Below, one piece after another: positions 1-8,246 of a stretch of DNA of 64,000 nt (its first letter is position 1; the number at the start of each line of letters is the position of its first letter). The notes beneath the pieces were generated by a model. It did no database searches and had not been told where the DNA came from. It saw nothing but the letters and a program-made list of their open reading frames with translations. Source of the stretch: Treponema sp. GTDB taxonomy: Bacteria; Spirochaetota; Spirochaetia; Treponematales; Treponemataceae. The translations under genes were made by a program, and so were the position numbers. The stretch covers positions 35,603 through 99,602 of the forward strand of contig PDOP01000031.1 of NCBI GenBank assembly GCA_002749205.1, read 5' to 3'.

Positions 1-1
1 C

Positions 2-196
2 GCCGAATCAGGTGAAACACCTGCAGATGACGGCACAAACGCCGAATCGGGTGAAACACCCGCAGATAACGGAACAAACACCGAATCGGGTGAAACACCT
101 GCAGATGACGGTACAGACGCCGAATCGGGTGAAACACCCGCAGATGACGGTACTAACGCCGAATCGGGTGAAACACCCGCAGATAACGGTACTAAC
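2..196 (+). repeat. 39-bp coding tandem repeat, 5 full units in the window
   Basis: Unit GCCGAATCGGGTGAAACACCCGCAGATGACGGTACTAAC with few substitutions; units encode (A/T)ESGETPAD(D/N)GT(N/D). Confidence 0.95.
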
Positions 197-937
197 GCCG
201 AAGCGGGCGAAGATGCGGGAGGGACCGGTGGAACCGCCCCAAGCCCTGAAACAAGCGAAAACGCCGGAGAGACAAGCAACCCGCAAATGAGTACAGTTGG
301 AGAAAACTTCAGCCCTGAAGGAAGCTCTGCACTTCAAAAAACTGGAGCTGAGCCGATAGCAAAAGATACGGTACAACCAAGATATTTTAGTCAGCGGGAA
401 TTTAAGGACTTAAAAGATGAAAACGGGAACCCATTGTTTGAAAAAGACCTATTAAACTATACCTGTTATGCTACAGCACTTTTAAATGAAATTTCTGAAG
501 AATATACACTAGCAACAAAAAAAAAGCTGACACTTGAAGAAGCAGGAAAAGCATTAAGAAAAGCAATTGATCAAGGTGCAGTCATAGATTATGAACTTGA
601 TGAAAACGGTAAAATTGTAGATAATAGATTTGGCACTGTAACAGATACCTCTAAATTTCTAAACACTGTTTCTAATGAAATAGGGTTAAAAGGTACATGG
701 AGTATAGTAGATACTGTCAAAAAATATCAAAATGATGAAAGATATCACGCAATATTTTACAACGGTAGACATTTTATTAATAATACTAGATCAGCAGGTG
801 AAGTATATGAAGTGTGGCGAGGTAAAAAGGAGATATTAGATCCAAATGACCCAAAATATTGGGGTAAAACAGAAAATAATGTAGATCTGAAATTCAATGT
901 AATCGAAACACGAATATTAAGATTTGATGCAAATTAA
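2..937 (+). CDS. 5'-truncated protein: acidic 13-aa tandem repeats followed by a ~200-aa C-terminal domain with a Cys...His pair (possible papain-like/toxin-type domain)
   Basis: Frame starting at nt 2 is open (AESGETPADDGTN...SNPQ-MSTVGE) and in frame with ORF 287..937, so the gene begins upstream of the window. The C-terminal part has NYTCYATAL and GRHFIN. Function is inferred. Confidence 0.7.
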   Translation, partial: AESGETPADDGTNAESGETPADNGTNTESGETPADDGTDAESGETPADDGTNAESGETPADNGTNAEAGEDAGGTGGTAPSPETSENAGETSNPQMSTVGENFSPEGSSALQKTGAEPIAKDTVQPRYFSQREFKDLKDENGNPLFEKDLLNYTCYATALLNEISEEYTLATKKKLTLEEAGKALRKAIDQGAVIDYELDENGKIVDNRFGTVTDTSKFLNTVSNEIGLKGTWSIVDTVKKYQNDERYHAIFYNGRHFINNTRSAGEVYEVWRGKKEILDPNDPKYWGKTENNVDLKFNVIETRILRFDAN

Positions 938-955
938 TTAAAAATTACAACTTAC

Positions 956-988
956 CCCCTTGCAAAAATTTGCAAGGGGATGTATAAT
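956..988 (+). promoter_or_regulatory. sigma70-type promoter overlapped by a palindrome
   Basis: TTGCAA(960-965)-17-TATAAT(983-988); inverted repeat CCCCTTGCAAA/TTTGCAAGGGG at 956-979. Confidence 0.6.
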
Positions 989-1030
989 AAGATAAATATT
1001 TACCAAATTCATAATCAAGGAGTTAAATTT

Positions 1031-1684
1031 ATGAAGAAAATTTTTTATTTAAGTTTTGTGGCACTTTTTTTGTGCTTTAGTGCATGTGCAGATGATCCAA
1101 ATGCAATTAATAAGATAAGTATCGGTAATAAATCTGTAGGTTTTAACCATACCCATTCTTTAAAATCAAATCACCCTGATGTAAAAATCACTAAGGTAAA
1201 AGTAAAAGGATTTGATCTGAATATTAGCGTAGAAAGTCACCTAAAAGGTGATGGAGAATTTTTGTTTGATGATGAATTATTTGAAAAAATAGAACAAGCT
1301 ATTAAAAACAACACAGATTTACCTTATTTCTATTTTGCATCACACAAACAAATTGTAACGATTGATAAACATAAATTCATTGAATATATATCGCTTGCAC
1401 CTCATTCTAATGAAACAATCAGTCTTATTGTACAATTAACAACAACGACACCTAAGTATAAAATACTCATACAAATTGAAGTAGCTCAAATGCTTAGAAA
1501 GATATATACCAGTGAGGCTCCTAAATATTTTATTGCGGAAAGTGGCAAGATACCAAGGTGGAAAAACAGTAAATTAATAGAAGAATTTGCGCAAAAGCTG
1601 GTTGAGGGTAAATGCGAAAGTAAAACGGCACAAGAACTTTATAATGAAATACAAAAAATTATAAAAACCATCAAAATTCACTAA
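1031..1684 (+). CDS. hypothetical lipoprotein (candidate immunity protein)
   Basis: AAGGAG SD then MKKIFYLSFVALFLCFSAC lipobox; ORF 980..1684. Confidence 0.75.
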   Translation: MKKIFYLSFVALFLCFSACADDPNAINKISIGNKSVGFNHTHSLKSNHPDVKITKVKVKGFDLNISVESHLKGDGEFLFDDELFEKIEQAIKNNTDLPYFYFASHKQIVTIDKHKFIEYISLAPHSNETISLIVQLTTTTPKYKILIQIEVAQMLRKIYTSEAPKYFIAESGKIPRWKNSKLIEEFAQKLVEGKCESKTAQELYNEIQKIIKTIKIH

Positions 1685-1689
1685 GACCC

Positions 1690-1763
1690 GTCCCTCGACA
1701 GGCTCGGGAACCGTCCCTCGACAAGCGGCTACTGCATCTCGACAAGCTCGATAACCGCTTGTC
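1690..1763 (+). repeat. REP-like nested palindrome, family B (copy 1)
   Basis: CCCTCGACAAGCGG..ACTGCATCTCGACAAGCTCGATAACCGCTTGTC; near-identical segment at 7686-7734. Confidence 0.8.
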
Positions 1764-1811
1764 TAAATTCAAAAATCTGTCGAGGGGAAAAGTCAGCTTT
1801 TGAAAATACAC

Positions 1812-1972
1812 AGGAAACCTGCCTGTTACACAAATGCTTAACCTGTGGTGGACAGGCGAAGTCTACACTTTTGCCCGATTAAACTTAAAAAGAAACAACC
1901 TTCGCCGGTAGAAGAAGCGTTGTTGATTTTGTTTTAAGAAAAGGGCAAAAGGTTATGCGAGCCTGTCGGGTT
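1812..1972 (+). repeat. structured intergenic element, family A, copy 1
   Basis: GCTTAACCTG..GACAGGC-GAAGTCTACA-CTTTTGCCC...GGGCAAAAG-GTTATGCGA-GCCTGTC-GGGTT. Confidence 0.9.
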
Positions 1973-2127
1973 ACAGAGCATTAAGTATTGAAGGAATTTA
2001 CAAATCCTTCAATACTTAATAGCGACAGAATTTAATAGCGAAAAACCTATAGTAGAACAAAATTTCATTTATATTTTGCTAATTACCCGCAAAAAAAAGC
2101 CGATTATCTAGGTAATTGGAGGGTAAT

Positions 2128-2943
2128 GTGATTAGAAGTTGGTATACGGGGGCTAGCGGAATGCTTGCTCAACAAAAAAGGCTTGATGTAATTTCAAATA
2201 ACTTGGCAAATGTGGACACCACAAGTTTTAAGCGTGATGTGGCTGTCAGTAAGAACTTTCCTGAGCTTTTATTACGCCGTGCAAATGATGACGGTGTTTT
2301 GAAAAATGCTTTTGGCTCACAAGATGTTGCGCCTATTATTGGTAAGTTGGGACTTGGTGTTGAGCTAAATGAAGTCTTCACCGAATTTGAGCAAGGCTCT
2401 CTAAAGCAAACTTCTTCGCCTTCGGATATAGCACTTGAAGGGGGCGGATTTTTCTGTGTGGAAACTCCTGCGGGCGAAAAATATACCAGAAACGGTAATT
2501 TTCTTGTCGGTGTAGAAGGGTATTTGATGACTAAAGAAGGTTACCCTGTTATGGGTGAAAACGGGCGCCTCTTCTTGCAGGATTTAGAATATACTATTAA
2601 AAAAGACGGCGAGATTTATGTAAAGCCGATTACAGATCCCGAAGCAGACGCAGTTTTTTTAGACAGGTTAAAAATAGTTGAGTTTGAAAATGACAGATTT
2701 TTGAAAAAAAACGGTGATAGTTTCTATCTCGATACACAGTTATCAGGTACGGCTATTTCTGCCGAAGGACCTTCAAGAGGCGTTGTAATTCAAGGTTTTC
2801 TTGAAACTTCAAATGTTAATGTTGTCAATGAAATGGTGCGAATGATAGAAGTAAATCGTGCCTATGAAGCAAATCAAAAAACAATTCAAGCCGGAGATAC
2901 AATGATGGCAAAGCTCTGGAATGAAGTGGCTAAGTCGAAATAA
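2128..2943 (+). CDS. flgF: flagellar basal-body rod protein FlgF/FlhO (FlgG-like paralogue)
   Basis: N-terminal ..YTGASGM..DVISNNLANVDT..FKRD and C-terminal LETSNVNVVNEMVRMIEVNRAYEAN; GTG start after GGAGGG; directly upstream of flgG. Confidence 0.8.
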   Translation: MIRSWYTGASGMLAQQKRLDVISNNLANVDTTSFKRDVAVSKNFPELLLRRANDDGVLKNAFGSQDVAPIIGKLGLGVELNEVFTEFEQGSLKQTSSPSDIALEGGGFFCVETPAGEKYTRNGNFLVGVEGYLMTKEGYPVMGENGRLFLQDLEYTIKKDGEIYVKPITDPEADAVFLDRLKIVEFENDRFLKKNGDSFYLDTQLSGTAISAEGPSRGVVIQGFLETSNVNVVNEMVRMIEVNRAYEANQKTIQAGDTMMAKLWNEVAKSK

Positions 2944-2958
2944 TTAGGGGGAAGATAA

Positions 2959-3753
2959 ATGGTTAGGAGTTTATGGACAGCGGCTACGGGTATGAATAGC
3001 CAACAAGCAAACATAGATACGGTTGCAAATAACCTCGCAAATGTGAACACAAGCGGTTTTAAAAAGCAAAGAGCCGAGTTTCAAGACTTATTGTATCAAA
3101 CGGTTGAGAGTGCCGGCACCCCTGCAACCGAAGATACAATTACACCCGTTGGTGTTCAGATGGGGCATGGTGCAAAACTTGCCGCAACTCAGCGTATTTT
3201 CGAGCAAGGCTCATTACAAAATACAGGTGTAAGCAGTGATATTGCAATTCACGGTGAAGGGTTTTTCAGGGTCTTACAATATGACGGTACTTATGCTTAT
3301 ACTCGTGACGGCTCGTTTAAGGTTGACGCTGACAGACAGCTGGTAACTTCTGACGGGCTTAGAGTGTTGCCTGAAATCATATTTCCCGAAAACTATCGTG
3401 AGGATACAATTGCCATAAGCCGAGACGGCAGGGTTACTGTCAGAGTCGGCGATGTGGACGAACCAATAGATGTAGGACAAATAGAGCTTTACCGATTTCA
3501 AAATAATGCCGGTCTTTCCGCCGAGGGTGGTAATGTTTTTAAGCAAACCCCTGCTTCGGGACAAGCTATTCCCGGTCGTCCGGGTTTTAACGGCTTTGGT
3601 AAAACCGAGCATAAATTTTTGGAAATGTCAAATGTTTCAACCGTAAACGAAATGGTAAATATGATTGTTGCACAGAGAGCTTACGAGTTTAATTCAAAAG
3701 CAATTCAAACAAGCGATAATATGCTTGGTACGGCAGTCAGTTTAAAACGATAA
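2959..3753 (+). CDS. flgG: flagellar basal-body rod protein FlgG
   Basis: MVRSLWTAATGM..NNLANVNTSGFKKQRAEFQDLLYQ; LEMSNVSTVNEMVNMIVAQRAYEFNSKAIQTSD. Confidence 0.95.
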   Translation: MVRSLWTAATGMNSQQANIDTVANNLANVNTSGFKKQRAEFQDLLYQTVESAGTPATEDTITPVGVQMGHGAKLAATQRIFEQGSLQNTGVSSDIAIHGEGFFRVLQYDGTYAYTRDGSFKVDADRQLVTSDGLRVLPEIIFPENYREDTIAISRDGRVTVRVGDVDEPIDVGQIELYRFQNNAGLSAEGGNVFKQTPASGQAIPGRPGFNGFGKTEHKFLEMSNVSTVNEMVNMIVAQRAYEFNSKAIQTSDNMLGTAVSLKR

Positions 3754-3770
3754 TAAAATAGGAGCATAGT

Positions 3771-4343
3771 GTGGGAGTAAATGCAATTTCAGGCTTTTCG
3801 CCAATTGATAAAGTAGATGCAGTTTCGGAACTCAAAAAACTGTATAAGGATACGGATAAAGAAATTGAATCAATAAAAAAAGAAGAAAAAGATTTTTTAA
3901 AAATGCTTAACGATTTGCGTCAAGCGGATCTTGCGGCAGAAATTACTTCTGCTTCATCGAAAGCAAATATGCCGGCAAAGGTAAAAAATCTTTCATCCGG
4001 AATTTCAGGCGACTACATTAGCTCCATGAAAATTAATAACCCGACTCCTGCGGATAAACAAGCGGCGGCAAAAGGCGATGCGGCTAAATCAATTATGGCG
4101 AATAATACAAAAGTTGATAAAACTTCAAAACTTTATGAAAAGTCGCTTGAGCTTGAATCGTATTTTGTAAAGATTATGCTAAATACAATGCGAAAAACAC
4201 TAACCGGAAGCAGTCTTGGAGATAACAGCTACGCATCAAAAATGTACAAAGATATGATGTACGATGAGCTGTCAAGAACAGTGACAAAAAATGCCGGTTT
4301 CGGACTTGCAGACCAAATTTATCTTCAGCTGAAAAACAGCTAA
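3771..4343 (+). CDS. flgJ: rod-binding protein, single-domain FlgJ-like
   Basis: C-terminal LELESYFVKIMLNTMRKT..MYKDMMYDELS..GFGLADQIYLQL; follows flgG; no muramidase domain. Confidence 0.7.
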   Translation: MGVNAISGFSPIDKVDAVSELKKLYKDTDKEIESIKKEEKDFLKMLNDLRQADLAAEITSASSKANMPAKVKNLSSGISGDYISSMKINNPTPADKQAAAKGDAAKSIMANNTKVDKTSKLYEKSLELESYFVKIMLNTMRKTLTGSSLGDNSYASKMYKDMMYDELSRTVTKNAGFGLADQIYLQLKNS

Positions 4344-4345
4344 AC

Positions 4346-4384
4346 GAGCCGGTTACAAAAGTCAGGTACTTTTAAAATTGCCTC
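4346..4384. repeat. family C ~40-bp palindrome
   Basis: GAGCCGGTTACAAAAG..CTTTTAAAATTGCCTC. Confidence 0.6.
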
Positions 4385-4483
4385 AAATTTATTAATTCTC
4401 AGCTGTTTTCAAAAGCATTTTTTTTTCAAATACTTTTTGTTCTAGACCTTGCTAAATTCGAATTTTTGTTGTATAGTTTGTGT

Positions 4484-5893
4484 ATGAGTATTTCAATTTA
4501 TTCTCTCGGTGCAGCCGAGGAGGTTACCGGCTCGAAACATATTCTGGATGTTGACGGTCGAAAGTATTTGATTGATTGCGGTGCATTCCAAGGCTCAAGA
4601 GCCGAAGCAGATAAAAAAAATCGTGATTTTAATGTTCCCGCTAAAGATTTGGAAGCAGTAATTCTTACGCACGGGCATTACGACCACTGCGGTTTATTGC
4701 CTTTACTGAATATACACGGCTTTGAAGGAAATATTTACGCAACACCTGCAACAAGGGATTTAGCAAATCTGATTTTAATGGATTCAGCACATATTCAAGC
4801 CCGAGACCGTGAGTTCCATGCAAAGCAGGCGGCAAGAAAAGGCGAAAAGTTTACATGGAAGCCTCTTTTTGAAGAAGGTGATGTAATAAAAACAATCGGA
4901 CAATTTATTACTGTTTCGTACAGGCGCCCCATATATATAGGTCCGGGTGTTCAGTTGGAATTTTATGATGCGGGGCATATCCTGGGCTCTTCATTTGCAA
5001 TACTTACCGTAACGGAAAGCTCAGGTCGTGAAGTAAAAATAGCCTTTACAGGCGACCTTGGGCGGGAAGAAAAAGCGATTATCAGAAATCCTGAAGTCAT
5101 TCCTCCCGTAGATTACATCATTATGGAAAGCACCTATGGAAACAGACTTCATGAAAGTCAGGATAACGCATTAAAAATGCTTGAAGAAGCCGCCAATAAA
5201 ATTCACAAAACACACGGCAAGATTATAATTCCGGCTTTTGCTGTCGAAAGAACACAAGAGTTGGTTTACCACTTTCATTGTTTAATAGACGAAAAGAGAA
5301 TTCCTGAAATTCCGATTTATGTGGATTCACCGATGGCGGTAAATGCTACCAGTATTTTCCAAGTGCATCAAGAATGCTACGACAAAGAAACACATGAGGC
5401 TTTTATAAAACATCATAAAAATCCTTTCGGCTTTAACTCTTTGAAATTCATCACAAGTGTCGCAGAATCAAAAGAGCTAAACGATATTGACGGGCCAATG
5501 ATTATAATCAGTGCTGACGGTATGTGCGAATTCGGAAGAATTACACACCACTTGGCAAATAATATTGAAAAGCATTCAACAATTATTCTTTTGGTCGGCT
5601 TTATGGCGGCAAACACGCTAGGAAGAAGACTTCAAAACGGTGACGATAATGTTCGGATTTTTAACAAAAACTTTCATGTAAATGCAGAAGTTCTTCAAAT
5701 CAACGCATTCAGTGCCCATGCAGACTATCGTGAAATGCGGGACTGGTTGGACAAAAATGATACTTCAAAATTAAAGCGAATTTTCTTGGTACACGGCGAG
5801 CCTGATGCACAAAAACATCTTATCTCTTATCTTGGTGAAAAAAATTATAAAGATGTGCAAGTGATAAAATATGACGAAACATACGAGTTGTAA
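4484..5893 (+). CDS. MBL-fold beta-CASP ribonuclease family protein
   Basis: IDCG, THGHYDHCG, AGHILGS, FTGDLG, MESTYG, FSAHAD motifs. Confidence 0.9.
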   Translation: MSISIYSLGAAEEVTGSKHILDVDGRKYLIDCGAFQGSRAEADKKNRDFNVPAKDLEAVILTHGHYDHCGLLPLLNIHGFEGNIYATPATRDLANLILMDSAHIQARDREFHAKQAARKGEKFTWKPLFEEGDVIKTIGQFITVSYRRPIYIGPGVQLEFYDAGHILGSSFAILTVTESSGREVKIAFTGDLGREEKAIIRNPEVIPPVDYIIMESTYGNRLHESQDNALKMLEEAANKIHKTHGKIIIPAFAVERTQELVYHFHCLIDEKRIPEIPIYVDSPMAVNATSIFQVHQECYDKETHEAFIKHHKNPFGFNSLKFITSVAESKELNDIDGPMIIISADGMCEFGRITHHLANNIEKHSTIILLVGFMAANTLGRRLQNGDDNVRIFNKNFHVNAEVLQINAFSAHADYREMRDWLDKNDTSKLKRIFLVHGEPDAQKHLISYLGEKNYKDVQVIKYDETYEL

Positions 5894-5913
5894 CACTTGT
5901 TTTAGAGCTAAGC

Positions 5914-5948
5914 AAAAAAAAGCGGTGTTTTCAACACCGCTTTTTTTT
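5914..5948. terminator. bidirectional intrinsic terminator
   Basis: A8-GCGGTGTT-TTC-AACACCGC-T8 between convergent genes. Confidence 0.9.
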
Positions 5949-5979
5949 AAAACTTAAAATTACGCCTTAAAACGCAAAT

Positions 5980-6687
5980 TTAAGCAATAACGCCTTGCAT
6001 TCCGATAAAGCCTAACACAATCAAAAACTGTGCCAGAAGATAGGCTAACATAATCCAAAAATGTGATTGTTTATAACCTCCGACAAAGTATTCCTCGATA
6101 ACATGTGAATCAGAAAGCATAAACAGAATACCGCCCACAGCCATTAAAATACTTGCCGTATTCGGATTTGCAATTGCAAGCAACAAGAAAAGATACGACA
6201 TTATGCCGACACTAATCATATAAACAACAGCAAAGCGTCCTAATCCCCTAAAATCATGCCTTACAATAATGAGCTTGATTGTAATAATTACTATATAAAC
6301 AATAAGCAAAATTAAAGCGGCGATAACAGGAACGGTGAAATTCATAATCAGGATAATTCCGGCCGCAATGTAAGCAATTTGAGCCAAAAGGAACATCAGA
6401 ATACCGTGAACAAAGCTGGGTCTTTCCCAGTCATAAATCAACAGAATATCACCAACCCACAGGGCAATTAAGGCGACCAATACAAAAATATTAATCAACG
6501 CAATAGTGTCTGAATACATGAATGTCCAAACAGCATACATTAAAATAAGCAAAGGCATCAACATAAACTTTGTAATGTCGGAAAGACCCAAGAGCTGCTT
6601 TGAACAATGAACAAGATGTATAATAGCAACAACAACAAAAGGAATCAGCGCAAGCCAACACCAAAAATTTCCAATTTGCGGATACAT
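5980..6687 (-). CDS. YhhN/lysoplasmalogenase family membrane protein
   Basis: TKFMLMP, WVGDILL, FLLAQIAY, GGILFMLSDS, YLLAQFLIV; GAGGAGG SD before ATG 6687. Confidence 0.8.
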   Translation of the reverse strand: MYPQIGNFWCWLALIPFVVVAIIHLVHCSKQLLGLSDITKFMLMPLLILMYAVWTFMYSDTIALINIFVLVALIALWVGDILLIYDWERPSFVHGILMFLLAQIAYIAAGIILIMNFTVPVIAALILLIVYIVIITIKLIIVRHDFRGLGRFAVVYMISVGIMSYLFLLLAIANPNTASILMAVGGILFMLSDSHVIEEYFVGGYKQSHFWIMLAYLLAQFLIVLGFIGMQGVIA

Positions 6688-6768
6688 AAAAAACCTCCTC
6701 AAGTTTTTTCTAATCTATTTTACACCCTAATAGACTTTTTTTCAAGTATTACTCTCTTAAAAAAAGAG

Positions 6769-7470
6769 CTAAAATATATCGCCAAGCTCAAGCCTTTTTA
6801 ATGAACAATCCTCTACTACATAATTACAATCGGCTTTTTCGGAAATTTCGCATACTGCATAACGACCGTCCAATAATGCACCCGGATTGACAAAAACCGT
6901 TTCTCCAATTTTTTCAACGGCAAAAGATTCGTGAATATGCCCTGAAACAGCCAAAACAGGTTTATACTTGTCAATAAAGGATCGAATTTTAGGCGAGCCT
7001 ACATGAATTATCCCTGCACGATCCAGCTTTGTGTTTTTAGCCGGATTATGAGTAACTACAATCAGATTTTTCCCCGAAAACCTGCCCTGCTCCATTTCTG
7101 CCTTTGCGACATCCAAATCGCCTGCAAGCTCATCGTCTGTACGCTCGTAGGGGGTCGTACCTGTAAATTTACTCCCGCCGCCTGAGCCTGCAAGAAAAAG
7201 ATTTTCAAACATGGCTATTTCTGCATTTATCGAAATGCCGGCCTTCTGCATTTCTTTCAACAAATCCAAAGTGTCGCAATTGCCAAGCACCGAAAACACC
7301 TTAGAATGCAATGCAACAACCTCATTAAAAAAAGGCATCGCCGTTTCAGGCTTTCCAAAAGCCGTAAAATCACCTGCAAAAATTACAAAATCAGACTTTT
7401 CTGCCTCATCTTTCAACCGCTTCAAATTTTCAACATTTCCGTGTCCATCACTGCAAATCAATATCCTCAT
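6769..7470 (-). CDS. metallophosphoesterase (calcineurin-like, Icc-related)
   Basis: SDGHGN, AGDFT, GNCD, VTHNP, SGHIHE motifs. Confidence 0.9.
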   Translation of the reverse strand: MRILICSDGHGNVENLKRLKDEAEKSDFVIFAGDFTAFGKPETAMPFFNEVVALHSKVFSVLGNCDTLDLLKEMQKAGISINAEIAMFENLFLAGSGGGSKFTGTTPYERTDDELAGDLDVAKAEMEQGRFSGKNLIVVTHNPAKNTKLDRAGIIHVGSPKIRSFIDKYKPVLAVSGHIHESFAVEKIGETVFVNPGALLDGRYAVCEISEKADCNYVVEDCSLKRLELGDIF

Positions 7471-7685
7471 AAATCACTCCCAATAAAATTCAAGCAAACA
7501 AATGCCCGTTACAGGATACAACCCTTTTAATAATTTTGTCAAGTAAAAAAATTTTTTTTAAAGGGGGAAGTATCCCCCTCGCTTGCAAAAAATTGCCTTT
7601 TTTCTTTTGTTAAATTATATCGAGTCTTCCTCAAGTCAGCCTCGATTACTTAAAAACATCAACAAGGCAATTGTTTTTCCGCTAC

Positions 7686-7757
7686 CCCCTCGACAGGCGG
7701 CACTGCATCTGGACAGGCTCGATAACCGCTTGTCGAAGCACGGGAACCATCCCTCGG
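7686..7757 (+). repeat. REP-like nested palindrome, family B (copy 2)
   Basis: CCCTCGACAGGCGGCACTGCATCTGGACAGGCTCGATAACCGCTTGTC matches 1715-1763. Confidence 0.8.
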
Positions 7758-7971
7758 CTTTTTTTCAACTTCCTGTCAGAGGGTAATAATCATCCATCCT
7801 GTATAATTATTACCCTGCCAAGTTTTGGCTTTTGCCAAAACTTGGTAAAATTAATTTTCACGAAACAAAAGTGTTTCGATTTGATATAATAGAAAAGTCT
7901 ACATCCTGTCCACACAAGAAGCTCAACATAAAACTTAAACGATACATAAGCGTGGAAGCATACGGTTAAGC

Positions 7972-8132
7972 AGAAAACCGGCAAGCCGGTCAATTAGTTT
8001 AACCTGATTTTAACCGGCGAAGTCTACACTTTTGCCCGATTAAACTTAAACAAAAACAACCTTCGCCGGCAGAAGAAGCGTTGTTGATTTTATCAGCAAA
8101 GGGCAAAAGGTTATGCGAGCCGGTGGGGTTGG
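7972..8132 (+). repeat. family A element, copy 2
   Basis: AGAAAACCGG..GTTTAACCTGATTT..ACCGGC-GAAGTCTACA-CTTTTGCCC...GGGCAAAAG-GTTATGCGA-GCCGGT-GGGGTTGG. Confidence 0.9.
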
Positions 8133-8246
8133 AGGCTGTGAAATGTTTTAAGATAAAAATTTTATTAAACCGTTTTTAAAACAACATTTCACAGCACCAT
8201 ATTATTTTATTTTGCTTTATTTTATTTTGCTTTACTTGATTTCATT

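Noticed and set aside
2-196. CRISPR-like 39-bp repeats
   Set aside because: Contiguous, in-frame coding repeats with no spacers.
8-376. ORFs 8..376(-) and 12..290(+) as real genes
   Set aside because: They are alternative frames of the 39-bp repeat. The frame starting at nt 2 joins the 287..937 ORF.
7583-7993. Short ORFs 7583..7786, 7671..7889, 7790..7993
   Set aside because: They run across palindromic repeats, have no SD and no recognisable protein features.
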